From Blastocatellia bacterium (lineage in GTDB: Bacteria > Acidobacteriota > Blastocatellia > UBA7656), in assembly GCA_963765495.1 (NCBI GenBank), contig CAVXWP010000003.1, forward strand, positions 1 through 64,000: a stretch of DNA of 64,000 bases, in the 5' to 3' direction. The notes beneath the pieces are model-generated. The model was given only the letters and a program-made list of their open reading frames with translations. It did not search any database and was not told the origin of the DNA. Positions within the stretch are counted from its first letter, which is position 1. Each line of letters opens with the position of its first letter. Shown here in pieces: positions 10,768 to 21,299 of the stretch. The position numbers and the translations under genes were made by a program.

Positions 10768-11961
10768 TCAATGAATTCCTTCTTCTTTTGTCTCAGCCTC
10801 CCTATTGAATTCATCCAGCGCGGCAGCAGCACGCCGCGCCGTTTCCACGTTCGGGTTTACGTATCTGAACGTTGTATTGGCCTGAGTATGCCCCAGCATC
10901 CTTCCGACTTCTGACAGCGGCACGTGTTTGGACACAAGCCTCGTCGCGTGCGTGTGGCGCAAATCGTGGAATCGTAAATCGGCTACTCCCGCAATGACCT
11001 TTACTTTGTTGAATGCAGTTTTGACGCTCGTCGTTACGCCAAATACCAGTTCATCTGCGTTTTGGTTTGAGTTCTGCCGCAGTAACTCAAGCTCTCGGCG
11101 GAGCCTTTCCGTTATGGCCACCTGGCGCTCACGCATTGTCTTCGTGTTGAATGCTCGGATCGTAATCAGTCTGTTCTCAAAATCAATGTCACTCCACTTG
11201 AGCTTGAACATCTCGCCGCGGCGCATGCCGGTGTCGAGTGCGCAGATAATAATCGGCCTCAAATGCGCCCGCCATTCAATACAAGCGGCGAGTAACTGCT
11301 GCTCCTCCTTCGGGGTTAATATTCTCTCCCGAGGCCTCTCGTCCCCCGGGTTAATCAGTGACTTGCCCATTGAAAACGGATTCCTGACAAGCCAGCCGTT
11401 GGCGATCGCAAAGTTGAATACCCGCCGTAGCAGGCTAAGCTCTCTGTGAACAGTTGCGATCGAACGCTGGCGTTCGGTGACCTTCCCCGGTTTCTCACTG
11501 TTACGAGTATTCCTACCTACAAGGACCGGGGTTTTGAGCCTTGCCGCCTTGTATCGCTCGAGGTCGCCGTGGGTGATTATTCTTATCCTACTCTTCCCGA
11601 AGAAGGCTCTTAGAGCTTTAAGGCGCAGTTCAAAATCGTACCGGTTTCGCAGGCCGGCTACTTTTCTTCCGTCCACGTATTCGGGGTCAATAAGGTAGGT
11701 TTGTTCGTAAAGGGTAGCGAGTTGTGAGAAGGTCATATGAGTCGCATTAATAGTCTTCTCTCCCTGCCCCTCCATCTCAGCAAGCATCTGCTTGGCGAGC
11801 TCTCGCGCGGCAATTTTCGTATTGTCCTCCGGCTTTTGGACCCACTGACGCCGTTTCCCCTGGTCGTCATAGTAGCTCACACAGGCATACCAATGCTTGA
11901 CCCTTTTGCCATTTTTCTCTTTCCATTTGACGATTGCAGCGCCTGTTCTGTGTCGCGGCAT
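10768..11961 (-). CDS. Tyrosine recombinase / site-specific integrase
   Basis: TGMRRGE (R), K in NTKT, FHDLRH, LGH, and catalytic Y in TTFRY. Confidence 0.95.
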   Translation of the reverse strand: MPRHRTGAAIVKWKEKNGKRVKHWYACVSYYDDQGKRRQWVQKPEDNTKIAARELAKQMLAEMEGQGEKTINATHMTFSQLATLYEQTYLIDPEYVDGRKVAGLRNRYDFELRLKALRAFFGKSRIRIITHGDLERYKAARLKTPVLVGRNTRNSEKPGKVTERQRSIATVHRELSLLRRVFNFAIANGWLVRNPFSMGKSLINPGDERPRERILTPKEEQQLLAACIEWRAHLRPIIICALDTGMRRGEMFKLKWSDIDFENRLITIRAFNTKTMRERQVAITERLRRELELLRQNSNQNADELVFGVTTSVKTAFNKVKVIAGVADLRFHDLRHTHATRLVSKHVPLSEVGRMLGHTQANTTFRYVNPNVETARRAAAALDEFNREAETKEEGIH

Positions 11962-12017
11962 GACCTACCTCCTGCTGCATCACTCAACGCTTATGAGCAA
12001 ATATAATTCCAACGCTG

Positions 12018-12041
12018 GTCAAACACTCAGTCAAACATTCA
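12018..12041. repeat. 12-bp tandem direct repeat, candidate integrase arm site
   Basis: GTCAAACACTCA GTCAAACATTCA between the integrase start and the att core. Confidence 0.55.
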
Positions 12042-12159
12042 GGCTCAACACCAGCAAACATGCCGCAACTGTCATAAACAAAGCAAGCGAAAATACGAGA
12101 AATAATGAGAAATCTGGCCTGAATCTAGACAAGAGAGAACATCAAGAAACTAAATCCGT

Positions 12160-12208
12160 CGGTTTCGTAAACCGGAGGTCAGGGGTTCGAGTCCCCTCGC
12201 TGGCTCCA
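12160..12208 (+). tRNA. Partial tRNA-Thr(CGT), 3' half only (att-site duplication, not a functional tRNA)
   Basis: cggt-TTCGTAA-accg anticodon arm, agggGTTCGAGTcccct T arm, gctggctCCA end; no D arm or 5' acceptor strand upstream. Confidence 0.85.
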
Positions 12209-12253
12209 TAGAATCAATCACTTAGCGACAATTTCAACTTCTCAAGAAGTATT

Positions 12254-12277
12254 ATCTATAGATTCATCTACAGGTTC
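12254..12277. repeat. 12-bp tandem direct repeat right of att, candidate arm site of a second element
   Basis: ATCTATAGATTC ATCTACAGGTTC, preceded by an IHF-like AATCAATCACTTA at ~12212. Confidence 0.45.
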
Positions 12278-12404
12278 AAAGGAAAAGAAGCAAACGAGCG
12301 GCATTTTGTACGCTACTTGCCAAGCGATCACACCAAAGATTAACCCTCATGTTCCATGTTTCTTCGGCGAGGGCACCGGCTTCGTCAGCATTAGCGGAAA
12401 GAAG

Positions 12405-12540
12405 GGCTTTGTCGATGTAGAATCAACGCCAACTCTTGCCCGGCTCAAGAGTTTCGAGGACCGGGTGGCGAGTTGAATGAAAGTCGGCTGTGGCGTGCTT
12501 ATACTTTGAGTCATTACAACAACCGACGTGCCCGCAGGTG
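12405..12540 (-). pseudogene. UBP-type zinc finger C-terminal fragment
   Basis: TCGHVGCCNDSKYKHATADFHSTRHPVLETLEPGKSWR*FYIDK; N-terminal half missing and a W-to-stop change. Confidence 0.75.
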
Positions 12541-12549
12541 TGGATGTGA

Positions 12550-13404
12550 TCATTTTGTTTTGCCGCCTGGCAGCCGTGCCGTGACCCGCGTCGAGGACGA
12601 ACCGCCGACGCGGCGCGACGGATAGCCGATGTGAATGTGCGCTCCGGTGGCTGATCCAGATACCGCATGACGGAAGGCAATGAACGGGATGCCCTGACTT
12701 CTCAGATAAGCCGTCAACTCCTGCCCTTCGGCGCTGTCGGGATGCACCGCCACGTCAACCGCGTTGCGATGATCGAAGCCTAGCCGGTCGTGCGTCGCCG
12801 TCTGCCCGTAAGCGCTGATCGGCATCTGATGGCCGAAGCGGCTGAGGAAGAAGCTGCCGACTTTCGCCGCGTCCGCCAGCGCCCAGTGTGCCGTCCCCGT
12901 GTAGCGGATCAATGCCGGCGTCGCCGTGTAGCGACCTGCCAGGCTGGGCGACCGGCCCGCCGCGCGCGCCGGTTCATCATCTTCAACAACGCTTGATTCA
13001 GCGATCAGGTCATCGGCTTCGGCAGTCTGCTTGCGCGCTTCGTCGATCTTGGCCCGCGCTTCGGCAATTTGCTTTTCGCTTTCGTCCAACTCTTTCTTCG
13101 GGATGGCGCCCTGCGCGAAAAGCTCCTTGCGCGCCTCGAACTGCTGCTGCGCGTTCTTCAACACGGCTTCGTATATCGACACCACCTCTGCCAGACTCGA
13201 TTTGTATTCGGCGACCGCTTTGATGAGTTCGGTTTTAGCGGCGGCTACGTCGCTCTTGAGCCTCGACGGTGACCCCGGTGACTGTGCGCGCGCCGATGCC
13301 TTGCGCGATTGCGCGATTGCGCCTGTGCTCATCAACGTAACGAGCATCGCTATTAAAGCCATACTGCGCTTGATGAGAGTGATTGCTTGATTCTGCTGAT
13401 TCAT
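12550..13404 (-). CDS. Secreted coiled-coil protein with a putative C-terminal M15/Hedgehog-like metallopeptidase domain
   Basis: Signal peptide (..TGAIA), coiled coil, FDHRNAVDVAVH and AHIHIG motifs; function inferred. Confidence 0.6.
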   Translation of the reverse strand: MNQQNQAITLIKRSMALIAMLVTLMSTGAIAQSRKASARAQSPGSPSRLKSDVAAAKTELIKAVAEYKSSLAEVVSIYEAVLKNAQQQFEARKELFAQGAIPKKELDESEKQIAEARAKIDEARKQTAEADDLIAESSVVEDDEPARAAGRSPSLAGRYTATPALIRYTGTAHWALADAAKVGSFFLSRFGHQMPISAYGQTATHDRLGFDHRNAVDVAVHPDSAEGQELTAYLRSQGIPFIAFRHAVSGSATGAHIHIGYPSRRVGGSSSTRVTARLPGGKTK

Positions 13405-13421
13405 TATGACAAATCCAACTA

Positions 13422-13667
13422 TCACACTGAATTCTGCGACCAATCGGGTCGGTTCTTTGATGAAACTTTGTCACGCTTTCCGAAAACCACATTCGCCCCC
13501 TGGTCGGGTCGGTTCACGTGCGCCAGCCCTTTGGCAATCTGCCCTGCGGCTCGGTGGTGACTGACGAGGGCGGAGAGCAGGCGGGCGAACATAAGCAGCG
13601 CGAGCAGTCCGTATCCGGCTAACACAAAAGCTAAGGTTAAGAATTTGAATACCTCCCAGATCCTCAT
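13422..13667 (-). CDS. Small single-TM hypothetical protein
   Basis: GGGAGA RBS; hydrophobic segment; N-terminus similar to ORF 22066-22359. Confidence 0.55.
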   Translation of the reverse strand: MRIWEVFKFLTLAFVLAGYGLLALLMFARLLSALVSHHRAAGQIAKGLAHVNRPDQGANVVFGKRDKVSSKNRPDWSQNSV

Positions 13668-13778
13668 GAATCTCTCCCGTCTGTTTTCACTACTTGCCAA
13701 TCGTTCATCAACTCCGCCACGGCGGGTCAGAACAGGTGTATGACGAACATTAACTCATTGTGCCGCTCGTTCCCCGTA

Positions 13779-15651
13779 CTAGGGTCCGGCCAGCCCGCCA
13801 CGACAGACTGCCAACTGCGCGAGCACGGAGATGTCTCTTGCGGTGAGTTGCTCGGCCAGAGACCAGGCCCGATCGAAGTCGGCGCGCCCAAGCGATGCAA
13901 ATGCGGCTTCGAAACCGGAGCCGTAAAGCTCGCCCGTTTCGAATTCTCCCGCAGTTCCTGGATATGAACGCGTCGGCTCGGACGCTTCCCTTTGCGCGAG
14001 AACCTCATTGATCGCCTTAACCGCCATCTGCATGACTTCGAAGCCGCGCTTAGCATCGAATGCCGTAAAGCTCCCGGCAATCCCGACCAGCGCCAACGCG
14101 CGCCGCATCGAAGGCGGCGCCATCAGCGCACAGCCTTCGGCCTCGTCGAGCAAATCGGTTGACCGAGCCCCATTCTTGGAAGCCAGCGCCGCCCCTGCCA
14201 GACTCGTCAGGAGGCTCGCGCGTGCTACCGGCTCTTCAATGCGGCGCGCCACGGCAACGGCCCCCTCGAGCCGACCTGCCGAGTTGTACCGGCGCGCCAC
14301 CTGGATCATCACGCGGTCACGTATAGCTGCGGCGGCGATCTTGACCGCGGCTCCTTGCGCCCGCCTCACTTCTCCTCTGGCAAGCCAGACAAACGCCGCC
14401 CGCGCATGCAGCAGGTCGCGATCAGCGGAGGTAGAAGCGGCGAGGGCTTCACGCGCTATCTCGTTCGGTTTGCTCACATATACCTGCGTCGGAGCAATTG
14501 CCCGATCATTGGCATTGGTAGCGCTCAATTCCGCGATCTGGCGCTTGAATTGGCCGAGCCGGTCCGGCAGGTAGCGTGCGAACAGGCCGCCGAGCTGTCG
14601 GCCGATGAAATAGATGACGGCCTCCTCCTCAGCATCTATGCCTTGATTAGCAGACAAATTGCCAATCTCGCCTGCTGCCATCCGGCCACGCCGCGCAAGC
14701 TGTGCCAGCGCGCAGTTGAGAAAACGCACGACCACGCCTCTGTTGATGGGCTCTTTAGTTATAGGGTACTATGGCCGAAACCAGGAACTCGCCCAGTGTG
14801 TGCAGGCTGTTAATATCTACGTCTCTGGAGCGTTCCAGGCAGCCCACCGCATACGCAAAGAGCAGATCCGTGCGCGCGGCATCCGCCGCGCGCAACGACA
14901 GCAACAGCCGAGAGAAATGCGGCGACACGCCGAAGGCTATACTTAATTGAGCAAGAGCCATCGCCCGGGCCGGATCGCGCTCGACAATTTGAAGCGCGAC
15001 GCTTACCAACAGATCGCGACGATCGACATCTCTTTGGGTAGGGGCGGCAGTCGGCGATGAGTTAAATGCAGGGTCGATGTTATCCTCGCGATTCCCCGAC
15101 ATTGTTTCGCTCGCATAGGCAGCACTTGCTGCGGCACCCGGAGATGTGAAGGCGCGGGCTATGTCTTCGGCCAGCCTAGCGTCCTGCCCTGCGACCTCAT
15201 GAAGCAGCTCGACGCGCAGGTGTTGCCTCGCGATTGCCGTAACGGCGAGACAGGAAGGACGAAAGACGGATGCGGCTTTGGACCAGGCGCTATGGTTACA
15301 CTTAAAATCGTGGGCTACCATGAGGGATTGGAACGCGCGGCGATAGATGGCGCGTGCCTGCTCGCGGTCGTATGGCCACAGCAAGGCCGCTGCCTGTGAT
15401 TGCGCGCGCACGGCCAAGGTGAGATCGTCAGACAGGCTGGCCTGGTCTGCCAACGATGCGAGCAGGGGTATGATGCGGTCAGCCTGTTGCGCAACCGCTC
15501 GCCCAGAGGAGCGAGCGGCGTGGCCGGACGGCGCACTCTGAGCGTTCAAGGTGATGGCGTTGGTTAGGAAGATGCTTATAAAGAGCGCGGCGGCGCGGGT
15601 GGGTGTCGCGCCAAAGCCGCCCCTAAACATGATGACACTTCTGAATCGCAT
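13779..15651 (-). pseudogene. Secreted alpha-helical repeat hypothetical protein, frameshifted near 14755
   Basis: Adjacent ORFs 14755-15681 and 13779-14735 have similar Ala-rich helical composition; the downstream frame is open across the junction; signal peptide present. Confidence 0.6.
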
Positions 15652-15674
15652 ACGAACGCCCCATGGGTGACGAC

Positions 15675-16733
15675 TCACCAAGTAATCACCGTTGATAGCT
15701 CGATGACCTGCCCGGCGCGAAGGACCCGGGCGATAATCCTTTCGCCGGATTTCAGATTGCTCATACTCTCATAGATACTATCCATAGACGCGTCCCCTTC
15801 GAGGATGTCGATCCCATTGACCGAGAGGATGATGTCCCCGCCCAGCAGCAGGTCGCTTCCCTCAACCGACGCGCGCAATGTGCCGGGCCTGAGCCCCAGG
15901 CACCAGCCCGGAGACCCTTCGGCGACCCGCAGTACCAGAAACCCGGCCGGCTGAGGCAGGTTGAGAACCCCTGCGAGCTCACCCTGAACCAGAATGCCTT
16001 CCATCCCGGACCAGAATGGCTTGTGCTCGAGCAGCAGCAGGCGGGCCATCTTCGAGGTCGCGGCGAACCCGATCCCCTCGAAGCCGCCCGACCGGCTCAG
16101 TATGTTACTGACTATGCCGATGACTTCCCCCTTATCGTTGAACATAGGGCCGCCCGAATTCCCGCCGTTGATCGCCGCGTCGGTCTGGAAGAACTCCCAG
16201 GCCGACATGCTCAAGAGACGGTTTCCGGGGGCCACCCGCCCGCTGATGTGGCCCGCGCTGAGGGTGGGCAAGAGGCCATAGGGCGCGCCTACGACGAACA
16301 CCTCGTCACCGACCTCGACCTGATCCGAGTCGCCGAGACGGGCGGGCGCCACACCCTTCGGCACATAGTCGAGCTGAAGTAGCGCGACGTCGGCATTAGT
16401 GGCTGAGGAGATAACGCGGGCTGTAATAAGCTGACCATCGGGGAATTCAACAAAGACCTTGTCGACGGACTGGACGACGTGCGCGGCAGTCAATACCTTG
16501 CCGTCGTCTGAGATCAAGACTCCGGATGCCTGACCGGCCGAGCTTACCATCCCCTGGCGGGGCAAGGGGGAGACGTTTTTCTCTATGGTCCTGACGACGA
16601 CGACGGACCGTCTCACTGTGCGAAATGTCTCGCGTAATTGTTGCGCGGTCGCTTCGGTCGTGTCACCTGTAAGCAGCACGGACAGGATCAACGAGAGGAA
16701 GGTAACCAAAAAGAGCCTGAGTATCGTTTTCAT
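15675..16733 (-). CDS. HtrA/DegP-like trypsin protease with PDZ domain
   Basis: LTAAHVV, ADVALL, AINGGNSGGP catalytic triad; C-terminal PDZ (GDIILSVNG). Confidence 0.93.
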   Translation of the reverse strand: MKTILRLFLVTFLSLILSVLLTGDTTEATAQQLRETFRTVRRSVVVVRTIEKNVSPLPRQGMVSSAGQASGVLISDDGKVLTAAHVVQSVDKVFVEFPDGQLITARVISSATNADVALLQLDYVPKGVAPARLGDSDQVEVGDEVFVVGAPYGLLPTLSAGHISGRVAPGNRLLSMSAWEFFQTDAAINGGNSGGPMFNDKGEVIGIVSNILSRSGGFEGIGFAATSKMARLLLLEHKPFWSGMEGILVQGELAGVLNLPQPAGFLVLRVAEGSPGWCLGLRPGTLRASVEGSDLLLGGDIILSVNGIDILEGDASMDSIYESMSNLKSGERIIARVLRAGQVIELSTVITW

Positions 16734-16888
16734 TTCGTGACCTCCAGAACAGCTTGGAGCCAATTGACTCTCACATATTTCTCCCACATCCAATCATTAT
16801 TGCTGCCAGCCGCCGCCCGGCGTTTTGTGAGCGACACCATCATCCAATCTCACAGAGGATGAGCCTGAACGCCCGCTAGTCTGTCGCT

Positions 16889-17128
16889 TCATGCCCTAGC
16901 CGTGGCCGTGCCGCCGTTTGCCTGGCTCAGATCGCGCTCGGCTTGCAACCAATTATCCAGATCGCGCCCGTCGGTCGCCCCTTGCGAGAGGTATATCTCG
17001 TAAGCGCGGCGCCGGACATCTACATGTGTTGGAGAGGGTTGTCTCACCGGCGCGTTATCCGAAAGAACAACCTCGCGCCAGAAGATGTTCAGTTTGTAGT
17101 CAGCAGCCACTTTGTCCTGTAAGGTCAT
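16889..17128 (-). CDS. DUF2934-family protein
   Basis: VRRRAYEIYLSQGATDGRDLDNWLQAERDL. Confidence 0.85.
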   Translation of the reverse strand: MTLQDKVAADYKLNIFWREVVLSDNAPVRQPSPTHVDVRRRAYEIYLSQGATDGRDLDNWLQAERDLSQANGGTATARA

Positions 17129-17148
17129 GATTTTTGTTCCTTCTCCAC

Positions 17149-17415
17149 TTAAGACTCGATCTGCTCAACGATCTTGTTCATCAGGGCTCCGACTGACTCT
17201 AGCCTGACGCCCTGTCTCCGCATCCTGGTCAGAAGCTCTTGCCCCTCGCGATCAACGACAGTCACTTTCAGAGTCACCAGCGTCGCCTTGAATGGTTCAG
17301 CAGCCAACACAATCTCCCACAACTTCTCCAATGCCTGTACCCACAGCCCTACCAGCCTCCCCTCTACAAGGAAGCTCGTCTCTTGTGGCCTATCGTAGAT
17401 CAGAATTCTAAGCAT
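17149..17415 (-). CDS. Small STAS-like protein
   Basis: LVEGRLVGLWV..LEK.W..VDREGQELLTRM; paralog of 38702-39022. Confidence 0.75.
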   Translation of the reverse strand: MLRILIYDRPQETSFLVEGRLVGLWVQALEKLWEIVLAAEPFKATLVTLKVTVVDREGQELLTRMRRQGVRLESVGALMNKIVEQIES

Positions 17416-17505
17416 CGCTGATTCTCCCTCTGCCTCTCTCCCGCCACGTGCGAGCACCGCAGAAGCACTGTGCTGGCGCTCGTCTTGCGAGGGAGGACAG
17501 ATCAG

Positions 17506-18111
17506 TCAGAACCTTATGACTAATCCCACCGAAGGTTGCGCCGTATGTGTGACTTTATCGGAATTCAACGCATCCAGCCCGAAGTCAGGCTGCTTGTAGA
17601 CGTACCCGCGGTATTCTGTCCTTATCCCGAAACGCTCGGTGATATAAATGTTGGCTCCGGCTCCATACACGAAGGCAGCTTTAGTCTGGCGGTCTGCTCC
17701 GGGGACGAACCCTCCGGCGTTCTCGGTCGGGTTAAAGATCAATGCTCCGGCGCCCGCCAGGGCGTACGGACTTATCTTGTTGGGATATCTCACCACTACC
17801 GCGCCGGTGACCTGGTGGATGTCGGATTGAATGTTGAAGGTGCCCGCCGGCGTGAAATTATGCAGCGTGTTGCGGGCCCAGCCATAGCTGCCATCGACGC
17901 CTAGATAGCGGTTGAAGAAGAAGCGATATCCTGCCAGGAGGCCGACGGACTTGGTTGAACCTTGGGAGATGCCATTCCCGTCTGTTTTCTTGGTGATGAA
18001 TCCGGTCATCTGTGCGCTGACCTCGTTCCGCCGAGTCTCCTGAGCCAGAGATGATGAAGTCAGTACAAGTGTTGCAAGCGACGCCGCGACTAATATCTTG
18101 AATCGGACCAT
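17506..18111 (-). CDS. Outer-membrane 8-stranded beta-barrel protein
   Basis: Signal peptide, alternating amphipathic strands (PYALAGAGAL, FGIRTEYRGY), terminal Phe. Confidence 0.88.
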   Translation of the reverse strand: MVRFKILVAASLATLVLTSSSLAQETRRNEVSAQMTGFITKKTDGNGISQGSTKSVGLLAGYRFFFNRYLGVDGSYGWARNTLHNFTPAGTFNIQSDIHQVTGAVVVRYPNKISPYALAGAGALIFNPTENAGGFVPGADRQTKAAFVYGAGANIYITERFGIRTEYRGYVYKQPDFGLDALNSDKVTHTAQPSVGLVIRF

Positions 18112-18338
18112 TTTTCATTCCTCTTTCTTTAATTGTGGTCTAATGCGCCGCTGCGGTGCGGTGTGTCGCACCGCACCGCACAAGGCTACAGAGCGGAACT
18201 TTTCGTTCGCTCTGTTTTTCTTCGCGCTTCGTTGCCACCGCAGCGCACGGGCTTCAGATCGAAAACCGGAGGGGCCTGGCGCAAGGGAAATCACCAGCCC
18301 GCGTCCACGAGCCCGCCTCCGTTTCCAACACAGCTAAG

Positions 18339-18355
18339 TGCAACGGGTATGCCGG
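18339..18355 (-). promoter_or_regulatory. Sigma-54 promoter P1
   Basis: CCGGCATACCCGTTGCA (GG-N10-GC); IHF-like site ~18380-18392; GTCAAAACTGAC motif at 18437-18448. Confidence 0.75.
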
Positions 18356-18783
18356 ACTTTGTCGCGCCGGCATTGCTGCAAATACGTTGAAATAGAAGGT
18401 GATCGAAAAGTGCGTGTTCGGGAGCAAGTGTTAAAAGTCAAAACTGACAACGACACTGACGGCAAAACTGCAATGCTTATCGGAATTGCTTTTGGTGCAT
18501 CGCGCCGAAGCTGGCGGAGCGTGTAGCATCGGTAGGAGCGCGCGACTATTCTTGGAGGCCGGGCTAGGCCATGGCCCTACGTGATACTCGCTTGCCAAAG
18601 CTGGCGGTAGGGAAAGAGTGCTGTGGTCGGCCACCGGTGAGTCTGCCTCATCCGCCGCAACGGCATCGAGCCTAACAGGGCGACTGGTTCCTGGTCGCCG
18701 GTAGTGTCCTATTTCTGTGTTGATGGAATAATATTGCTGCGCCTTAGAAAGTTCCAGCACACCGTTAGCACTTTCAGGATGAG

Positions 18784-18821
18784 GTAGCAGAGAAGGGATC
18801 TGTAGATCCCTTCTCTGCTAC
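18784..18821. terminator. Perfect 17-bp-stem hairpin downstream of the TonB-dependent receptor
   Basis: GTAGCAGAGAAGGGATC-TGTA-GATCCCTTCTCTGCTAC; U-tract is poor on the minus strand. Confidence 0.6.
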
Positions 18822-18882
18822 GAAAGTTTTCATATGAACTGACGCTCAACCAGGACACTCATTTCATAGGACTGACAAACAA

Positions 18883-21090
18883 TCAGAAGAATCGTACGGT
18901 GTAAGTCAATCGCACCCCTCGACCAATCTCCGGGGCAAACTCTTTGATGAATGAGAGGTGGTTGCGGTAAAGCCGATCACCCAGGTTGAACCCTGTCACC
19001 GAGATGATCTGTGCTACGTGCTGCTGTGCGTATGTGTAAGAGGCTGTAGCATTGAAGATCGCATAGCCCGCCGTTCGCGTCTCTGTCGGAAAGAGTCGGT
19101 CCTGCTCATCCGACATCACCGCTTCCGGGTAGAATCTGAAGCCTTTATACGTGGCCTCAATTCCTATGCGACCTCGCAGAGGCGGGATGCGCGGAAGCGG
19201 AGTGTTTGTGTCCCTCAACTCCGCGTTTACATAATCAACCTCTGACAACAGCCAGATGTTCGAGCGTAGCCCCACATCAAGCCGGGCTTCCGCGCCCGTG
19301 TATCGGGTTGTGCCTTGCGCGTAATTGGCTATAAGCAACCCCGATTCGTCATCCATCTCTCCTGTGGGAGCCAGGAAGATGAAATCCTTGATGTGATAGT
19401 AGAAGTAATTGAGTTCGGCGCGGAGCCGATTTGTAGCCTGGCGAAGCGACAGATCAATGGCCTCGCTTTGCTCGCGCTTAAGATTCGGATCGCCTATCTC
19501 GAAGGTCGCATTGCCTCCGTGTGGCCCCAGATTATAAAGCTCTTCGAGCGCCGGGGCGCGATAGGAGTGGGAAAAATTGGCTACAATCGCGCCGCCTTGC
19601 CAGAGCGGCACGCGAACCCCGACTGCGCCGGAAAAGCCGTTGAACGAGCGATCCGGTGTCGGACGTTCAAGTATCGGGTTAGGATTATAGCCGTTATGCT
19701 CAAATCGCCCGCCGAATTGAAAACCTATGTGTTCGAAATCGACCTTCTGCAATGCGAAGACAGCGAATGCGTTCTGCTTTGTCGGTGGGGCAAGCGCCTC
19801 TTCACCCGTGGATTTGTAGTCACGGTGCAGGCCCCAAAAACCAAAGCTTCCCGAAAGCCTTCCGGTCCTTCGCTCATCGAATGTGCCGCGATAAGAGAAA
19901 GTCTTGTTGTTGAATTGAGTGTTGATTACGTCTTCAACCGAGTTTATCTCCTGATGCTGGTAGTCGTTGTACTGCAAGGAAAACTGCGCTCCGTTTATGA
20001 ACGAATCGAGGTCTCTGAGACCGCCGTTGAAACGCAGGCTGTGACGGCGCGGATTCAAATAGACTATCTCAGGGTCTTCTTCGGCTGGATCAAATGGAAT
20101 GCCGTAGCGTCTCTTGTCAAAAGTGTAATCGAGGCTAAAGAATTCCTTGCCCGGATAATAGCCGAACCCGACCGTGCCGTCCCCGCCGCGAGTGTATGAG
20201 TTTGTGATCCTTCCTATTGGCGTATCGTAGTCGCCTGCGCGCTGGCCTCCGCCGTTGCCCCAAAATAGCCAGTTCTTTGTGCCGTACTCAAGCCCTGCGT
20301 TTCCGCTCGCCTGATAGTTGTTTGTGCTGCCCACCCCCGTTATGTACCCGCGAAGACCCGGATGAGCCGACTCGTGGCCTGTTATAGCGTTTACAACGCC
20401 ACCCGTAGCGCTACTGCCGTAGAGCAGCGTGGCAGGCCCTTTGACCACTTCGAGCTTTTCAAGCGACAACACATCAATCGGTTCGGCGTGGTCTCCCGAT
20501 TGAAATCCAAGCGAGCCGATTCGATTACCGTCTTCGAGGACAAGGACGCGGTCCCCGTCAAATCCTCTGACGACGGGCCGCGATGTGCCAGGGCCGAAAG
20601 ACCGCTTCGCAACTCCCAATTCGTGGTCGAGAGCTTCGCCAAGCGATTGCGAGTTCTTTTCGGCAAGCTCGACAGCGGTCAGTGAAGTGACCGACTGAAT
20701 CGAGTTGAAGGAAGTCACCCCCTCACCGCTTGCTGTAACTGTGATCTGTTCGCCGACCACCCTCAGCCTGATCTGAAAATCAACCGTCGCTGGAGTTCCG
20801 GCCACGACCTGAACGGATTCGACGACATCGGGGACACGGTCAAGGTGAGCTACCAGATCGTAAGTGCCTGCCGGGACATTCTGAAATTCATAGACTCCGT
20901 TGTCATCGGTCTCAACGGAGCGTTTTAGTTGGATGATGGTGACGGTCACATCGTGCAGAGGTTTGCCCGAATCTTCCAGCCGAACTGTGCCGCGAACTGT
21001 GCCGCCCGCCTGGGCGAAACCTAACACGGGTAGGCTCATTACAAGGAGCAAAAAGGGTAATAGAGCGTGAAAAGCATTCTTGATTTGCAT
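18883..21090 (-). CDS. TonB-dependent receptor (ZnuD-like metal uptake type) with N-terminal carboxypeptidase-regulatory-like domain
   Basis: Plug SFGPGTSRPVVRGFDGDRV, EVVKGPATLLYG, NLGDRLYRNHLS, terminal Phe. Confidence 0.92.
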   Translation of the reverse strand: MQIKNAFHALLPFLLLVMSLPVLGFAQAGGTVRGTVRLEDSGKPLHDVTVTIIQLKRSVETDDNGVYEFQNVPAGTYDLVAHLDRVPDVVESVQVVAGTPATVDFQIRLRVVGEQITVTASGEGVTSFNSIQSVTSLTAVELAEKNSQSLGEALDHELGVAKRSFGPGTSRPVVRGFDGDRVLVLEDGNRIGSLGFQSGDHAEPIDVLSLEKLEVVKGPATLLYGSSATGGVVNAITGHESAHPGLRGYITGVGSTNNYQASGNAGLEYGTKNWLFWGNGGGQRAGDYDTPIGRITNSYTRGGDGTVGFGYYPGKEFFSLDYTFDKRRYGIPFDPAEEDPEIVYLNPRRHSLRFNGGLRDLDSFINGAQFSLQYNDYQHQEINSVEDVINTQFNNKTFSYRGTFDERRTGRLSGSFGFWGLHRDYKSTGEEALAPPTKQNAFAVFALQKVDFEHIGFQFGGRFEHNGYNPNPILERPTPDRSFNGFSGAVGVRVPLWQGGAIVANFSHSYRAPALEELYNLGPHGGNATFEIGDPNLKREQSEAIDLSLRQATNRLRAELNYFYYHIKDFIFLAPTGEMDDESGLLIANYAQGTTRYTGAEARLDVGLRSNIWLLSEVDYVNAELRDTNTPLPRIPPLRGRIGIEATYKGFRFYPEAVMSDEQDRLFPTETRTAGYAIFNATASYTYAQQHVAQIISVTGFNLGDRLYRNHLSFIKEFAPEIGRGVRLTYTVRFF

Positions 21091-21299
21091 AATATTCTCC
21101 TATGAAACAGGTGTAGTTTCTAAAGCATTTCGCGAATAGGTATGCGAAATGGTTCTGTTTGCTGCGCTACAGGCTCACCAATTCGTTTTCACTTAGCCAA
21201 TACAGGGGCGATCCCGGAAAAAGGGATTGCTAGCCTCCACTGGAAATGAGCCGATGTGGTCAGAGTTTGTTTGAGCAGCAAGGGTGCTCGTGGTAGGAG

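Larger units (their letters stand above)
1..12208. mobile_element. Right part of a tRNA-Thr(CGT)-integrated genomic island
   Basis: Tyrosine integrase next to a duplicated tRNA 3' half; cargo of TA modules, IS elements and an NTPase. The left end lies outside the window. Confidence 0.7.

Noticed and set aside
12120-12208. Complete tRNA-Thr gene
   Set aside because: No D arm or 5' acceptor strand complementary to gctggc upstream; treated as an att duplication.
18431-18760. 109-aa minus-strand ORF
   Set aside because: Overlaps the P1 upstream motif region and has no recognisable family; at most a gene fragment.
21126-21151. CATTTCGC-N10-GCGAAATG as an FhlA-type binding site
   Set aside because: No sigma-54 promoter nearby and unlike the motif shared by P1-P4; more simply an RNA hairpin in the receptor leader.
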